A DNA stretch of 64,000 nt. Source: Eledone cirrhosa (taxonomy: Eukaryota). Numbering within the stretch: position 1 is the stretch's first letter; each line of letters starts with the position of its first letter. This document shows, one piece after another, positions 12,828 to 25,858 of this stretch. The stretch covers positions 248,062,001-248,126,000 of the forward strand of contig OZ024743.1 of assembly GCA_964016885.1 (NCBI GenBank), given 5' to 3'. The notes below the pieces were generated by a model. That model searched no databases and was not told the origin of the DNA. It saw only the letters and a list, made by a program, of their open reading frames with translations. Both the position numbers and the translations under genes were made by a program.

Positions 12828-15800
12828 ATATATAAAGGATAAAGATCCCATAACTCCTTGTGGAGTCATAGAAGCACCGTCTAGGACACTTTTAAACCTG
12901 GTGTAGTCCAACCCTCTCCAGGTCTGAACACAGCCGATTTATTCTATAGAAGAATCGACCCCAGTACAAATATGTGTGTGTACCCTTTTGTCTTGCGAGA
13001 CCCAAGGCAAATGCACAAGTAGAATGGTAGCACACAATCAACTCTGTAAGGACATTGGCATTAGAAAGGGCATCCAGCTGTAGAAACCAAAAATTGAAAG
13101 TATATGAGACAAGGTTCTCCAATTTCAAACTGTTATAACTCGTCCCGTCCATGCCAGCATGGAAAGGGGATGTAAAAGATGCTAATATGTATTAATTATG
13201 AAAATTGTACTAAAACTAAAAAAGAAAATGGACACAGTTTAAAGTAATTGAAATTGTACTTCATGAATATCTTCAAATGAAGATATGGAAATCATTAATA
13301 AAGAAAAGCTGTAATTTGAGGAAGATTTGAATGTTATTTCTAGCAGGTCAAGCTAGAGTCTCAGATTTTGCTGAAACTATTCACATTTATTAATTTGTTC
13401 CCATTCATTGCTGTCTTAGTTTAAATCTCACCTGCTTAGTTCTTGGGTGAATCCATGGCCTAGTTTAACACCACCATTTGATCCTTGGATGCTTTTAGCA
13501 GAACTCACTGAAAGCATTTGAGCCAGGTCTCCAGTTTAAAGACACCTTTCTGGCCTGAAAAAGGATCATGGACACTATACTTCTTGACTAAAGCGGTAAA
13601 AAGAAAAAAAGTATTCATATTCTATGTTTAAATATATTTTCTTGTTTTCAGTGCTTTAGAAAAGGTTGGCAACAGTTTGAATCCCATTGATCGAGTGACT
13701 AACAGTTTTAATTTAAGCCTTGATCCTGGTATTGACAAAACACCTCTATATTCACAGCTCTTATATACACACAAATGGACAAGCAAGGTTAGATATTTCT
13801 TTTTTTAATTTTAAATTGATTAGCAAAAAAAAAAAATATGCCTCCAGCATGGCTAAATCCATTATTGCTAAAACCAAATATAGATAATTGAAATATTTCT
13901 ACTAATTACTTGTTAATGGTGTACAAACAAAACTATGTTGTTTAACCCTTTAGCATTCACTTCATTTTATATATACTATCATATTTTCATGGTAAAGACT
14001 TTATCTTACATAATATCGAAACTATGAGATTTTGAAAGTATTTATTTTGAGAACAATACCTTAACATCAGTTTGAGCGACCAGTTACAGCCAGTTTCAAC
14101 AGAAAGAAGTAGAGAATTTTGGCCGGTTTGAACACTAAAGGGTTAATATTGTCATAGACAAAATATAACTGTTTTTTAACCCTTTTGTTACCATATTTTT
14201 AATGAAAGACACTTCCTATAATTTTCAAAAAATTTGGAAAGATTTAGAAATATGACTAACTTTTTCATTAATAATCTCTCGTTTGGAACATAAAAAAGGT
14301 CCTTACATAAAATTATGATAGAAAAAATTTAGATAGATATAAACATTTTAAAACAGTTTAGTATCATAGAAGCTGGAGGTAGTTTGAAGCATTTAAATAT
14401 TAAAAAGGTTAATTAATTGAATTTTTCAATTTAAAAAAGAAACCTATGCTGTACATGTTTAATATTAACAAATTTTCTTTTGTTTTATCTTCAGACTCTT
14501 GAGCTCTCTAACCAAGCTTTCTCAATCTTGAATCAAAGCCATCTTCACCGATCAGTATATGCTAGTGCCAGCTCCAAACGCTTGCGTCGTCAATCTCCAA
14601 TAAGTCATTCTGTTTCAACAACGTAAGTGAATATTTTTTATTCATTTGGCTCATAGCCTGACTCCCTATTGATTATTCCTGTTGCATCATTTCATCATTT
14701 CATCATTTCATTTTACGTCCACTTTTTCCCTGCTTGCAAGGGTGGGGTGGGAACTGATTTTGGCTTGATTTCTACAGCTGGATGCCCTTCCTAACACCAA
14801 CCTCATTTACAGTGAGTGCTGAGTGCTTTTTTGCTGTGGCACCTCCACGACCACTTTGCAGTGGAATGATAGGGACCCCAGTCCCTATCATCTCATTTCT
14901 ACAGCTGAGTAAACTGGAGCAATGTGAAATAAAGTGTCTTGCTCAAGGAAACAACACATCACCCGGTCTGAGAATTGAACTCACAACCTTTCGATTGCAA
15001 GGCCAATGCTCTAACCACTAAGCCATGTGCCTGCATGATAGTAAGAAATAATACATCATCAGATAGACATAAGAAAATACAGACAAGCCAACAAAACAAA
15101 CCTATTCCTTTGCAAAGATGTGTATCCTCTTATTGATTCATTTTGTTTGTTGACCTGGCCTGAGTTGGACAGGTTGTTGTAGTCCGAGTTCTTATTCAGA
15201 TTTATTGCTTTAGATAAGTCAGAGAACCACACCTCGCCTCTGCGTTCAAATTTTTGGCATGATTTCTGTAGTTGAATACCCTTTCTATCATTAACCACTT
15301 AACAAGATACATTGGGTGAATTTTATCATGGTACCTATAATCTGTGAATAAAATTCAGAATAGAATCTATCCTACGCATTTGTAAATAGTTCTGTGAAAT
15401 TAATATGGTGATATAGTCACCAATAATTATATATATTTACCTATGATTTGCATGGATTTTGAAATAATACTATTAAAATGTAATTTTTTTTATTCTTTTG
15501 TCACCATATTTCTAAAGAAATGCTCTGTTTGGAGAGATTTACTAAAATTATTGATAATTTCATTATTAAGATGTTATTTGTAACATAACTTTACAAAAGA
15601 TTCTTATATCAAGTTATCTAGAAAGATTTTAATTTGACTAGTAACCCTGTAAAATGGGTGGTTTTCTTACATAGAACCGAGGGGGATAGGATTTGATTAA
15701 AAGGTTTTTACATAAAGTTATGATGAGATGTTTCTAGATATGTATAAACACAAATATAAGCAACTGTGTTTTGTTATCAAGAGTCAAATAAAGTTGTTTT

Positions 15801-18731
15801 GTATTTCTGATCACAAGTCTGAGAGGTACTAACTATATTTTCTCTCTTTTCCAGTGCTCTTGATGTATGTTTAGCAAACTGGGATCGCTCTTTCCCAGAT
15901 ATGTCTTTTTCTATTTTACGTCCTTTAGGCAACTGTGGAGTAGTCCAGGTGAGTACTATTAATTGTTACATGTATGACAACTTAAATGATAGACAGTAGA
16001 GTTATTTCTTAGATTTTGTGCAGAGTCTGAATAAAGATTTGTTTGCCCCTCTTTATTACTGTTTAGTCGGGAAGAGGCAAGACCAGTGTCCATGATCCTT
16101 TTTAGGACCTTTGAAACTGGTAGGAGGGAGGAAAGAATCTTTCAATTAGAAATCTGGTCCAAACATTTACAACAGAATAGACCCCATTAAAGCACACAAA
16201 AAAAAACATTAACCCAAATGATGGATTAAGTCTTTGTTCAAAATAAGCCACAGCAGGATTTTAACTTAAAATGCAAAGAGGTGAAATATACTTCAAAGCA
16301 TATTGTCCAATGCTCTAACAATTCCACCAGTCCACTACCCTTCCAGGGTGAAGTCTTGAAACCAAGATAATCTTTCTGCTGAACCATCCAAGTAGCTTAT
16401 AGACCTTAGTCTATGTCTGCTCTCATTAATAGATACTCTCCAGTAAATATGGCAAGAATAAAATACTGATTCTCTGTTAATCATTCTCATATGGCACTTC
16501 TGCATTCATTAATTCCCTTGGCTTGGCTATCTTGATAATTATAGATGCTTAATTCTCATTGAAAGCGTGCTGCTTGGTGGTTGAAGTGTTAATGTCTTGT
16601 CAATCCCCATATCAGTTTGTATTTTAAATAAAGCACTTCATTTCATGTTACTCCGGTTTACTCAACTGAAGAAATGATTACTAGTAGCTGGGGTTTGTAC
16701 TCTCAGGTATTTGACACCATATGAAACCAGAATAAACTCTTGCCTGGTGAACCTCTTGACTCAAGTCTTTAGGCAATTGTCATTAAGAAAGCATTACCAT
16801 TTTTTTGGCCATTTTGTCAAACAAATGAACCAGTGAGTGTGCCTCAATTCAATGGGCTCAGTGTGGTTATTCAACCTGCTAAAAATAGCATTGAAATCTC
16901 CCTCTAATTACACACTACCATCTTGAAGCATTATTGGAGTGATTAGATATAATGTCTGAAGGAAGTTGCACCTCCATTTTACATGCAACATTTACAGTGT
17001 ACTATACATTTTGAATTGAGATAGGTCACATGCTGTTTTTACACCATATTTTTGTGGGAAAAGGTACGTCTTGTACATAGGTATAAACGTGAATTACATA
17101 GTTTTCTATTTCTTTTCTTTAGGTTACTGTTGGTCGTGCTATGAATGTTCTAGTCATTCTTAGGGGTTTGATTATAGAATGGGTTCGAGTTAAAGGTTTC
17201 ACTGAAGACTTCTTTACAGATGATGGAAAAGTAAGTGTACCATTCAACAATTGACAGTTATAAGCAATCATTTATCTAATCAAGAACTTTCACTTATTCA
17301 TGATGTTATTCCACTTTATTTTAACTAATGCTTTAATGAATTTTGTGTTTCAGATAAATGTATGGTCAAAGTCAAAATATCAAGTATTTCAAATGGCAAG
17401 TTACTATAATTTTCTTTTCTTGTTGAAATATATTTTTCCTCTAGATGTAGGTATGGTTGTGTAACTAAGAAGTTTGCTTCAGTCCTACTGTGTGCCACTT
17501 TCTGCAAGTGTCTTTCACTATTGTCCTGTGGCAGCCATTGCCCTGTGTATGAATTTCATAAATAGAAACTGTAGGAAGCCTGTTGGTTGTATGTGTGTCA
17601 TCATCATCATTTATGTCCAATTTCCCTGCTAGCAAGGTTTGGGCAGGTCATCATAGACTCTAACAACCCATCCAACCATTGCCAGCATAGAAAGCAGATG
17701 TAAAATGATGATGATGATATTCTTTCCATTTTATCATATTTAGGCTTCTTTTTGAGAATGTTCTTGCTGTGATTATTAACCATGCCCTTTATCTCATATG
17801 ACTGTAAATATTTTATTTCTGCAGGTTACAGACCATGCAAGTGCTGCTATGCTGCATTTTTACTCACCAGTTATTCCAGATGTTGCTGTTAAGTCATTCT
17901 TAGTAAGAAATAATGTCATCATCATTATTTAATTATCTGTTTTCCCTGCTAGTGTATTATTACTAAATCTTTGCTGCTGCTCATGTGTGAGCAGTGCCAT
18001 GAAAATTAGAGAAGCTTGTCATGTGACCAACAAAGTTGTGTCTTGTTTTAGCTTAGCGAGTGGTCTTAAAATGCTTGTTGTTCTTGTTGTATTCCCCTGT
18101 ATGTTGTTAAAACAAAACTCAAGTTTTTCTGTCACTGGCTAACAAAATTTTGGCAGAAAAAGAAGAAAATAATAAATTGGCTACATTCAAAATTATTTCT
18201 ACCTATCTCTCAATGTATGTTTGACTCTATAATTATTCTGTTTCAATTGGCTGGCCTTATGCTGAGAGAGCAAATCATAACATGACTAAGGGTTACCTGG
18301 ATTTTCATTTTTTGCTTGTTTCTAGAACCTTCCTCAGGATCCTAATATTATCATTATTGTATGTGGCAAATGCAAAAGGATAGGTGGCATAATAAATGTA
18401 ACAATGGCACTCCTAAGATTCTATCAGAGATTAAAATTCTACTTACGAAATGTTAAAAGTTTATCTTTCTGTATAACATTGTTTCTATGAAGTTGGTGAA
18501 ATTTCTTTTACAATACTCCCCAGTCCTACCTGCAATTGATTTCATTAAACTTTTAAATAATGCTCTTAATTTTTATTGTTTTCTATTTTTTTTCAGACCT
18601 GGCTGCAAAAATATAGTACATTATTCTCTGCTTCTTGCCATAAATGCAACCGTTATTTACAGAGTGGGCTCCCACCCACATGGCGAGATTTCAGGACAGG
18701 TGAGCCTTACCATGAAGTCTGTCGAGGTTAA
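11677..18731 (+). CDS. MED27: Mediator of RNA polymerase II transcription subunit 27 (300 aa, 8 coding exons)
   Basis: Exons 11677-11858, 13652-13787, 14495-14622, 15855-15948, 17123-17230, 17354-17395, 17825-17902, 18597-18731 join in phase (903 nt). Motifs LSLDP..DKTPLYSQLL..HKW, WSKSKYQVFQ, VTDHA and C..C...LQSGLPPTWRDFRT.EPYHEVC match MED27. Confidence 0.96.
13946..14142. mobile_element. piggyBac-like TTAA MITE
   Basis: ttaa|ccctttagcattca ... tgaacactaaaggg|ttaa; a homologous copy lies at 55042-55238. Confidence 0.75.
14686..15035 (-). mobile_element. tRNA-head / CORE-like body / RTE-tail SINE
   Basis: A-box tggcttagtgg and B-box-like gtgagttcaattc, central ccttgagcaagacactttatttcacattgctcc, 3' end shared with the RTE 3' UTR, and a GAT-rich tail. 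Same family at 27411, 47157 and 56161. Confidence 0.85.
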
Positions 18732-19574
18732 TAAAAGGACTTAGCACCATTTAAAATCCACTTGCTGTTCTTTTTAAAAAATATTCAAACATGAATGAAC
18801 TGAGATATTTGAAAAATAGTGATTGAACAGCACCGCTGTTTAACATCTTAACATCCTGTACTACATGAACCGATATTAACAAGACATTCTTGACTACAAC
18901 TGCATCACATTAAAAATTCAAGTCTTTAGTTTACAGCAAATTTTCACAATCTGTCCATTATTAAAGGTACTATAAATATTTGAATTAAAACTTTTTTTAC
19001 GTTTTTGGATGCTAAGATATGAAATTGATTTGGAAAATTTTGCATGATTTTATTTATTTCTAACTTTACAGTTACAATAAAAAATCAGTGTTTTTGAATG
19101 GAATCGGACAATAAATGTTTAAGTTATATAATGTATCCCTTAAACATTCAGATAAATTTGATACACTTGTAAAGTAATCTGTTTTTGTTGTCTTAATCTA
19201 TATTACATTACATAAGCATTTCCAATTTGATTCACTTGTTATGCTGGATTAGTTGTTCGCAAACATTCTACTACCACATACCCTTTTTATTTAGATTAAT
19301 TTGACTACATCCCCAATACACGATTATTCCCTCTCTCTCTCTCACCTCCATCCCATCCTGATTATAATATGGTAAGAATAATAATTAAGAGAGAAATGTT
19401 TATACTTGGAGAATAATGTGTATATGTGTTTAACAAAATACTTGAAATTTTGAACTTCTCAGACCTGTTCAGTACTACATATGGACCTCTAGGTTGTGAA
19501 CAACTAGATAAGATTATTGATTGTTTTGCTCTGATGTTGTTATATAACAAATCATTTTTATGCCAGCTATACTA

Positions 19575-19790
19575 AAAATTATTAAACGTCTCCGGAAAGA
19601 ATTGCTGGACAGATTTTACAGGCAAAACCAACCAGCAAGATACCCAGGGGCAGACTCCGAGCAAAATGGTTGGATAACATCCATGAGCTTGGCTGGTCAT
19701 GCTTGGGAATCCAGTGGAGATGGTTGCTTCTGACAGGAGTGTTTGAGGACTCTGCCTTCACGACCCTCTCAGGAATAAATGAGTGAAGAT
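19575..19790 (+). mobile_element. 3' end fragment of an RTE LINE (same family as 23590-24750)
   Basis: Aligns with 24600-24745 (tggttggataa.atccatgagcttg.ctgg...gaccctctcaggaa). Confidence 0.65.
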
Positions 19791-22700
19791 GTAATAAATT
19801 AAATTGCTTAGTAATTTCAGTAAAGTTTTTAAGCTTTATTTTCCATTAACTAACTCCCCAGCAAATTTATTTTGGGATACTTTAATAAGCAAAGTCTGAA
19901 AAATTAGTACAAGCACTAGCTGGAATTAACCCTGCAACAGACTGGCATCCTGTTCAATGAAATTCTTGTACTCTGTTGCTTAACACCAATAAAATTGATG
20001 TAAGCTCCAGCATGATGAGTCTCTGCTCTTGGAACAGGATTTAACTGTGAATCACATGTCCCCAGTATCATTATAGAGACAGTACTGGGGATTTTCGATG
20101 AAACTATGATGCACATGGTGTCTTAGTTGGATAGGACTAGTCATGCAATTTTTAATTTTATTTTTTGTATCCATTTTCCAATGCTTGTATGGTTAGGATA
20201 GTGATTTTGCTGAACTGTATTGCTAGGAGCATGTAGAGTAGCAAATTAGCTGAGCTGATAGAATGTAAGGCAGAATGCCTTGCTGTATTTATTCCAGGTT
20301 GCCATGCTAAGAGTTTAAATCCCTACAAGGACAACTATGTCTTTTTCAGCATCTATATAATAAATGACCAGTCAAGGGTTGTGGATTGGCAAGATTGTTA
20401 GAGCATTTGAGGAGATGCCTTGCAATATTTGTTCCACCTCTTTGCATTCTAAGTTCAAATCCCACTGCAGCCTACTTGAATGGTAGTCTTAATCCATTAC
20501 TTAGTTCAATACCATCTTACATCTTGGGTACCTTTAGCTAAATTCACTATGTTGCATGTACTCAGACAGGGTCTTCAGTTTAAGAATATCTCTCTCTCTC
20601 TCCATATACCCAATTTTGGAGTCTTTGAAAAGAGCCATGGCTACTGCCCTTCCCTCCCTAACTCAAGTTAGATCTCATTAAAGGGGTAGAACAATAACTA
20701 GAGAGATTTGAACTTATAACTATGTGATCAGTTGTCCTAACATTAATTTTCCATTAAATTTATTGTATAAAATTGGCTGCTTTTCTATTTTGAAGTGGAT
20801 GTGTTATGTTATAAGGTGTAGCTAAGTTTTCAATCTTTAGCTGGGATTGTAGAATTATTTTTATTTAATTACTAGCTGACATACCCAAGTAAACAGATAA
20901 GAGAAGACAGGTAGAAAAGAAAACGACTGTATTGGATGTGTTTTCTGATTTACAGTATGACGCGAGACCGTGGTGTGTGTGACAAAAAAAAACTGTAAAA
21001 AATCTTCCAGATACACCAGATTCTTTGTGTTGCCGTCCATGCAGAGTATATGAAGATTTCTAAGTGTTCCCACTTGTGATCAACCTGCATATAACTGTCC
21101 ATGGGTAAAAAGCGATTCTCTTGTATTCAATTCTACAACGCTGAACCTGGGCTTTATTTGTGGTCACTTTTCGTTTTTGTGTGATGTATGAAGGAACCAA
21201 CAAACATCTCTCTTTTATATTATGTATAGGTTATTTGTCCAGTAGTGTAAAGCATTGGACAAGCTTTGGGGTATATAGTTACAGCCTTTACGTTCCAAGT
21301 TCAAATCGTGCCGAGGTTAGCTTTGCCTTTCATCCTTATAAAATAAAGTACCAGTAATGCATTGGGATTGATTTAATCAACTTTCCCTACCTTTCAAATT
21401 GCTGGCCTTGTGCCAAAGAGTAGAAATTTGTTTGTCCAATCCATGCAAGCATGAAAACAGACAAAATGATGCAATAATAATGCTGTTCTTTTTATTTCTT
21501 TGTATAAAAAAACATATCTAAACAAATTGTTTTAAAAATATTTTATTATTTGTCAGTTTAATATTTGTTTTTCATATTAAGATGACCAGATTTGCCATAA
21601 TCACGGCAGACATGGCTGTGTGGTTAAGAAGTTTGCTTTGCAACATGGTTTTGGGTTCTATCCCATTGCTTGATACCATGTGTGCCTCCTTTTATAGTTT
21701 TGTTAACTAATGCTTTGTGAGTGAAATTGGTAGAGAAAAACTACAAAGTTTGTCAATTGTGTTTGTGTGCTTATCTCTATCTCATTGCTTCACATCTGAC
21801 ATTGCACTGATGTTTGATTATGTCCTGCCTGATTACACATGCAAAGATTCATTACTTTTTTTTTTAAATGAGGGTTGACATCAAGAAGGGTATTATCCCT
21901 GGAAAAAAAAATGCATTCCAGCATAGAAAAATAAACTTAAAAACAAGGCTGATGAACATATCTCAGATCTAATCTTTTTAGCATCTGCAATTAACACCTT
22001 TTGGTCATGGTTTGGATGTGTTTAAGGTCATTAGATGTTTACTCCATGCTCTGTGGTCAAATTTGCCTTTCATTCTTTCAAGGTTAATAAAGTACCAGTC
22101 CAGTATTAGAATTCATCTCTGGAAGAAATTGTGTTCTAACTTGGAGAGAAATGGTCTCTGCCAAGTTTAAAATGCCCAAGACCTGTTATATGTCATGAAG
22201 ACATCTCTACAATTTCAATTGGAGTTCAGAACACATAGATAGATGGGTGGAAAAACTTACCAGTGTGGCTTGGTTCAGGCACATATCAGCAACTACTGGT
22301 GCCAAGCCAGTTTCTCAACTTAACCTTCATCCTAAATTAATGTTCAATCCTGCAATCATCTATTCAACATTCATCACAATGCAACAGTTTTATTATGGCT
22401 ACAATAATTCATTATATGAAACAGATCTTTAATTAACAATATCATTTTATGTCCACTTTTCATGCTAGGATGGGTCATTATGATCTAAGCCAGTTCTTAA
22501 TCATAATTACTGCTCTCCTTGACAGATCAGGGACCTTATTGCACTTGTATGTGCTGCATTTTTGCATGGTTTCTATGCCTGGATGTTTTTTCTAACACTA
22601 ACCATTTTACAGAGTACATTCTATTGTGACAATAGTGCTACAATTATCTGAACATTCTAATAATTTAATGTCCTAGCTCTCTATCAGTCTGCCACATATT

Positions 22701-23179
22701 GTTACACCTTTTTATATATATATGTGCAACATTTAAAACAAGCATTGATGTTTGTTTATATCCTGCAGTATAGTGGTTCAGTAAAGATGAGAAGTATATA
22801 GCCAGTGGTGGACTGGGTCTAAAAATATTGGTTGCCACCAGATAAAGGGAGCCCAACTACATTACTATCATTTAATTTTTATAACGAATAAATAAAATTT
22901 TCAAAAAGTCTTCTCTATTTCAGTATATGCAATTGACCGTAAAATTGTAAAGTAAAAATACGGTTTATAGAATATATTAATAATTTTTTACCATCTTCAA
23001 TAAAAAAGATCCTTATGAAATGTACACATCCACAAAATAGCAGTAATGAGCTTTGGTCTTTCACACTCAATATATATATATGTATGTGTGTGATAGTGTA
23101 TATATACAAAAATGTTGTCTTCATTTTCCATAGGGACTTTAACAGTAGAACTGACAGTGTTCTGACGTTATATATATAA

Positions 23180-23490
23180 ATATTGTCATACTACCAATAA
23201 AAACACATGCACCTGTTGGTTTTCACTTCAATTTATTACAAATTTCCAGTTGGCTGGTTTAATAACTGGATGGTTTATTTATTGTCAAAGCTCTTTCATC
23301 AGACACTGTGACCTCCTCAGTGACAATAAACAAACAACCATCAGGTTATTAAACCAACCACCTGGAAATTTCTAATAAATTGAAGTGAAAACCAACGGGT
23401 ATGTGTTTTTATTGGCACCATGACCCTTGCTATATGTTTCAACACATTTTCAAATAAGAAATCTTGCAAAACAAATACAAAAATGAAGTG
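23180..23490 (-). mobile_element. (TA)n-flanked fold-back element with central hammerhead (Penelope pseudo-LTR-like)
   Basis: Inverted arms 23194-23287 and 23321-23415. The outer tail resembles 46570-46650 and 51228-51295. Confidence 0.75.
23278..23330 (-). ncRNA. Type I hammerhead ribozyme motif
   Basis: Minus strand: tttattgtca-CTGAGGA-g gtca cagtgtc tgat-GAAA-gag-CTT-tgacaataaa, with a 10-bp stem I. Confidence 0.75.
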
Positions 23491-23589
23491 TATATATATA
23501 TATATATATAAAGCTGCTGGGGAAGATGAAATCTGGCCTGAGATGTGAAAAGCTTTAAATAGAGAAGGTATTTTCTGGCTGACTTGTGT

Positions 23590-24750
23590 GTGTCAGTTGG
23601 CCTGGGTTTCTGGAAAGGCACCGAAGCAATGGCAATCTGGAGTGATAATCCTATTTTTCAAAAAAAGTCGAGAGCGATTGTTCCAATTACAGAGGGATCT
23701 CATGTTAAGCTTCCCTGGTAAAGTCTATGCTAAATGTTTGGCAGGGAGATTGTCGAGTTCAAGTTAGCTGATGAACAGTTCGGTTTTCACCCTGGATGCA
23801 GCAGTCAACCAAATATTCACACTGCGGCAGGTATTCGAGAAATCGTGTGATGTATATTCGTGTTTTGTTGATCTTGAGAAGGCATATAACTGCATTCCTT
23901 GGGACCTGCTGTGCAGGAGTGTGGGATTGATAGTCAGCTTCTTGCTGTCCTGATGTCTACACGAATGCCCGAGTATTTGTGTTCGGATAAATGGTGCTAA
24001 ATCAAAACCATTCAATGTGGGAGTTGAACCCTGTCAAGGGTGCATACTATCACCTCTCCTGTTTATTATTTACAAGAACAACATTGACATGCGCAGCCGG
24101 GCTGGAAGTGGTATCATGACTAATAGATGTAAATCAGTCGGCTAGAATTTGCAGACAACATGGTGTTACTTAACTCGACAGGTGATTTTCGACTTGGACT
24201 TGATAGGTTTGATACCGAGTGCTGCAAAAAATGAGACATCCATCCTCACAAGGAAGCCTGCATAGTGCACTCTACATATGAATGGAGTTCCACTAAAGCA
24301 GGTAGAAGTTCAAGTATCTTGATATCATGTTCATAAGTGATGGAAGGCAGGAGGCTGAATTAAGTGCAAAAATGGCAGGAGCCAGTGCAGTAAAGCTTCA
24401 GCTTCAGCATTCAGTAATCAGAAGGGAGGTAGGTGTAACAGCCAAACTCGCTATCTTCAGTTCGGTATTTGTGCCAACCCTTACATGGTCATGAATCTTG
24501 GGTAATGAGCAAAAGAATACAAGTGGCTGAAATGGGATTCCTCTGAATGGTCTTTGGAGTAATGTAGTCACTCCAGGCAGAGCTTTTACTTCTAGAAGCT
24601 AGATGGTTGGATAATATCCATGAGCTTGACTGGACCCGCTTGGGGATCCAGCCGAATTAGTTGGAGACGGTTGCTTCTGACAGCAACTGCTGGAAGGAGT
24701 GTTTGAAGACTCTGCCCCATGACCCTCTCAGGAACAAGTGGGCAAAGAAT
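23590..24750 (+). mobile_element. Degenerate RTE LINE (RT to 3' end)
   Basis: Remnants NYRGIS.LSLPGKVYAKCL, QIFTLRQVFEK, CFVDLEKAY, QG..LSPLLF and FKYL, with many frameshifts. Confidence 0.85.
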
Positions 24751-25858
24751 ATGTATAGATACTACCACTGCTTCCTGTTTTATTGCTTGTTATGTGGGAC
24801 TTTACCCAATGCTAGCCAAAATCCCCTGGGAAAATGACCAAGAGAAAGTCTTCTTGTGTGTGTGTGTGCTTATATATATATGCATGTGTGTATGTATGCA
24901 TTCATTCTGACTGCCTGCAGTATCATATATTAATTTGCTAGGAAATTGTTTGACCAACTGCTTTGCTTGATTGTTTTATTTGTTTTTTATAAATGTTTAT
25001 TCATTCTCTTCTGATATATTTTTTGAAAGCAAAGTTTTTGCACTGGCCCATTTGCTGTCAAGCAAGCTGACAACCTGGACAGTCTGCCTCTATATATAAC
25101 ACATTTCAAATTAAAGTATGAGTTGGTGTCAGGGAGGACATCTGGCCACAGAAATAACATTTCAAAAAGCTTAGTCCAACCCATGCTAACATTGAAAAGT
25201 AGGTGTGAAAATGATGATAAATCGTTTAGCCAAATTGGAGATGAAAGTAAAAAAAATAAAAATTTAAATAGATTTAAAAAAACACCTTTATACATCACTT
25301 TAATTTCTTTTTTTATCTTTAGCAACTGTTATTTTAAAGTATAGCATATTTAACTGTGAGTGTATAAAAAGAAATTGTACATGAATAATCTGACTACATA
25401 CACTACACAGCAATATATATAATATATACATCAATCCTGAAATATTTCTAGTAAAAAACAGTTGTACATTTCTGTAATTAATGAAGGACATTGCATGTTT
25501 AAATAAGTACTCTGTAAGCATATATCATCATCATCATCATCATCATAACAGTCACTAAATTCCAGCAGTTAGTAATCTCTAGCAAGTAGCAGTTTACTAA
25601 CTATCATTAGCAAGATATATGTTGATAATGATAACAGAGAATCAGAAGTTGATAGTTACAAGTTTAGGATTGAAACAATCAATAGTTAGCCTAGTTGTTC
25701 ATAGCTTTGTTTACAAGATGTAGAAGCTATTGCTGATTAAAAATGTGTATATGAGCATCCATTTGTGTTTATTTAATAAATATAAACACAAATAACCTCA
25801 TGTCCTCCATCAATATATATTAATATTGCCATCTCGCCTCTCTTAAAAAGGACCTTTG

